In this document: in pieces, positions 61,255 to 64,000 of the stretch
Layout: each line of letters begins with the position of its first letter
Position numbering within the stretch: position 1 is the first letter of the stretch
Origin: Octopus vulgaris
Taxonomy: Eukaryota
Assembly: GCA_951406725.2 (NCBI GenBank)
Contig: OX597840.1
Span: 14,136,001 to 14,200,000 of the forward strand
Length of the DNA: 64,000 nt
Reading direction: 5' to 3'
The notes under the pieces: generated by a model
Told to the model about the DNA's origin: nothing
What the model saw: the letters and a program-made list of their open reading frames with translations, nothing else
Databases searched by the model: none
Translations under genes and position numbers: made by a program

Positions 61255-61496
61255 CTTTTCATACATACATTTGTAATTGAAAAATTCCCTCCTCGCCAGA
61301 TCCAACAACTTAAAAATATGAAGATAGGTCACTAGATATTCAATAATCTGTTGGACTTGACTTAGCTGGAGATAATATGATTTACCTATCTACTACTCGC
61401 ATATTTGCATACACAAATCTACACACACACACGTGCGTGCGCGTCTTTATGCAGTGACAACCATGAAAGTATATTTCTCTTGTATTTTCTTATTTC

Positions 61497-61532
<36 letters not shown>

Positions 61533-62248
61533 TGTCACATGCATACAAACACACATACATGAATACTTATGTAAGCATAAATTTATGTACATTTGTGTGT
61601 GTGTGTGTGTGTAAATAGAAACACAGACACCTAAGGAAGTCTGTAGGAGAGAATATATTAATATTTTATAAACATATATCTCTGTATTTTAATGAGGATT
61701 ATTATATAAATAATTCAGGTTATGGATTAAGGACTCACATGCACACACACAAACACAAACATACACAAATGCACATACATACACACATACGCTCTCTCTG
61801 TGTGTCTCTCTCTCACACACACACACTTGTTGTCGTGCTCTCCCACGTTCACACACCCACACACTTGCTCTCTCTGTCTCACACTCAAACACTCTTTGTA
61901 TCTCTCTCTCTTCCTCTCTCTCTCTCTCTCCCTCTCTCTGTCACAAACACTTAATGAGATAAAATTATACACGCATGCAAAATAATCCCTTTATTTCTCT
62001 CACTGCTCTTCTCAAAAGTTACATATTATCATAACTGAATTCCAAATAACTCAAAGTGCTTAGAAATTATTTACATATTTAATGAGTGTTTACTTTTCTG
62101 TCTGTCTGTTTGCCTGTCTGCCTGTCTCTATCCCTATCTTGCTTTCTCTCTCTCTCTGCCTCTGTAAAGGGTGGTACTCCAGCATGGCCATAGTCAGAAT
62201 GACTGAAACAAGTAAAAGAATAAAAGAATATATAATATATATATATAT

Positions 62249-62410
62249 AGGCACACACGAGGCAGTGTGGTAAGAAGCTTGCTTCCCAACCATATGGTTC
62301 CAAGTTCAGTCCCACTGCGTGACATCTTAAGTAAATGTCTTCTATTATAGCTTTGGGTGGACCATAGCCTTGTGAGTGGATTTGGTAGACAGAAACTGAA
62401 AAAGCCCATC

Positions 62411-62446
<36 letters not shown>

Positions 62447-62665
62447 GCATATATTTCTGTGTTTGTGTTCGTCTTTGTCCCTCCATTATCACTTGACAAC
62501 CAATGTTGGTGTGTTTACTTCCCCATAACTTAGCAGTTTGGCAAAAATGTCCAATAGAATAAATACAAGGCTTACAAAGAATAAGTCCAGGTGTCGATTT
62601 CTTTGACTAAAAAGGTGGTGCTCTAGCATGGCCACAGTCAAAATGACTGAAACAAGTAAAAGAAT
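62249..62665 (+). mobile_element. SINE family A, full length
   Basis: tRNA-like head (ggcagtgtggtaag...agttcagtccc), central microsatellite, 3' ggtgctctagcatggccacagtc...gactgaaacaagtaaaagaata. Confidence 0.9.
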
Positions 62666-62724
62666 ATTATATATATATATATTATGAAATGGATTTAAAC
62701 GCAGCTGTTATTCCAACCTTTATA

Positions 62725-62811
62725 CTTCCGACATATGTTTTGAAGAAAACGTTGATATTATTCCGGAGGGAATAAAATGATGTAAAACAATGTATTCATC
62801 TTGTCAGGAAG
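62725..62811 (-). ncRNA. Hammerhead motif inactivated by two CpG-type transitions
   Basis: cttc CTGACAA gatgaa...ttcttc AAAAC atat GTC ggaag; restoring two G>A changes gives CTGACGA and GAAAC. Confidence 0.55.
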
Positions 62812-62875
62812 AAAAGAGAAACACAACACATCAATAAGCCATTTTACCTGAATGTGATTACTGTGTATATATATA

Positions 62876-62906
<31 letters not shown>

Positions 62907-63119
62907 ATGTGCGTGTGTCTAACCCCACCCACATATACACTAGAGTGTTACCCAATGCAAGATGGGTAACTTTGGATGTATATTAAGTTGCAGTTTATTG
63001 TATGTATGCCCTACTTCATGGTATGACTCATAGTGACAACTAAAGCATATTCAAATGATTCTAACCTTTACAGTAATATATTCACTTGTGACTGTTTTAC
63101 ATATATATGTATGTATAGT

Positions 63120-63410
63120 GTTGGGCCCTATGGAGGCATTATGCTGTGCTTGAGAAAAAGACTCATCAAGCCAAACAAAATCGCAGTTATGGCAGATGCT
63201 GGTGTTATGCAAATGGCACCCATGCTGGTGGCACGTAAAAGCATCCATTACACTCTCAAAGATGCTGGCATTAGGAAGGGCATCCAGCCATAGAAAACCA
63301 TGCCAAATCAGACTGGAATCTGGTGCAGCCTTCCAGTATGCCAACCTAGTCAAACTGTTCAATCCATGCCAGCATGGACAATGGACGTTAAATGGTATGA
63401 TGATGATGGT
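63120..63410 (+). mobile_element. Family E retroposon (variant 5' end)
   Basis: Homologous to the minus strand of 17090-17395; (gat)n tail. Confidence 0.8.
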
Positions 63411-63535
63411 GAACAGATTATTCCAAAGGGACTTTGGCCACCAAGATCATGTGATTTAACACCACCAGACCTTTTTTTCTGAGGAGCAAGTAAAAGATCA
63501 GTGTACAAGAACCACCCAAAAACCATCAATTGCAC
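63411..63535 (+). pseudogene. Tc1/mariner transposase fragment
   Basis: LWPPRSCDLTPPDLFF*GA...SVYKNHPKTI, the WPPRSPDL motif region. Confidence 0.75.
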
Positions 63536-63666
63536 AGACTAAAAGTTGGATGGGGCCAGGATAAACTACCTGAATCAACTTGCTATAAAAGCAGGTAATA
63601 AGTACAAACTTAGTACAAGTTTCAATTGTACATTTCAATTTTAACAGTTAGTTTTTCAAAGCTATA

Positions 63667-63915
63667 ATGGAAGTAACAAAGGAGCATATTTGGGGATATT
63701 TTACTTTGTGAATTCAATAGAGCAACAACGCAAAGGAAAATGGGAAGAATATTAATGCATTATATGGGGATCAGACAATAAACGTAAGCCAGTGTCAACA
63801 GTGGTTCGAGAAATTCTGAGCCAGAAACTACAGCCTAGAAGATGAACCACGTCCTGGAAAATATGTAGAGCTTGACGAGAACGTCCAGCAAACCCAGGTG
63901 GAACCAAAGCCCACA
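63667..63915 (+). pseudogene. Mariner transposase N-terminal HTH relic
   Basis: MEVTKEHI...NINALYGDQTINVSQCQQWFEKF*ARNYSLEDEPRPG. Confidence 0.85.
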
Positions 63916-64000
63916 GAGAGTGAATGTGTGCTCTTCTTTGCTGTCATGTCTCATGAAGGAACTTTTGGGGGGACTGAATAGTGACTGGTAATGAGAAATA

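Overview
AT-rich, microsatellite-saturated eukaryotic DNA. The SINE families and repeat landscape point to a coleoid cephalopod, most likely Octopus (inference from recalled repeat families, not a database match). I found no host-gene exon, and almost all long ORFs in the track are artefacts of (TA)n/(CA)n/(TATG)n tracts. Contents: about five modular SINE families (tRNA-derived or RTE-tailed); LINE relics (R4/Dong in TAA repeats, RTE, CR1, possibly Tx1); DNA transposons (Tc1/mariner incl. maT-like, hAT MITEs, a piggyBac-like MITE, Lep1-like Helitrons); a 1.9-kb ~46-bp two-variant minisatellite; and a dense population of Penelope-like elements (PLEs). The PLEs include a 3.3-kb Naiad-type copy (RT thumb + GIY-YIG, one frameshift), two further GIY-YIG relics, and more than a dozen type I hammerhead ribozyme (HHR) motifs from several unrelated families, many inside fold-back insertions in (TA)n tracts. 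Highlights: a 130-bp inverted arm ending exactly at a predicted HHR cleavage site (49847-50271), a candidate HHR with a swapped G3-C8 core pair (11728-11778), and a tRNA-like module between a Penelope endonuclease stop codon and its hammerhead (44970-45041). Coordinates were counted by hand; element ends may be off by a few nt.
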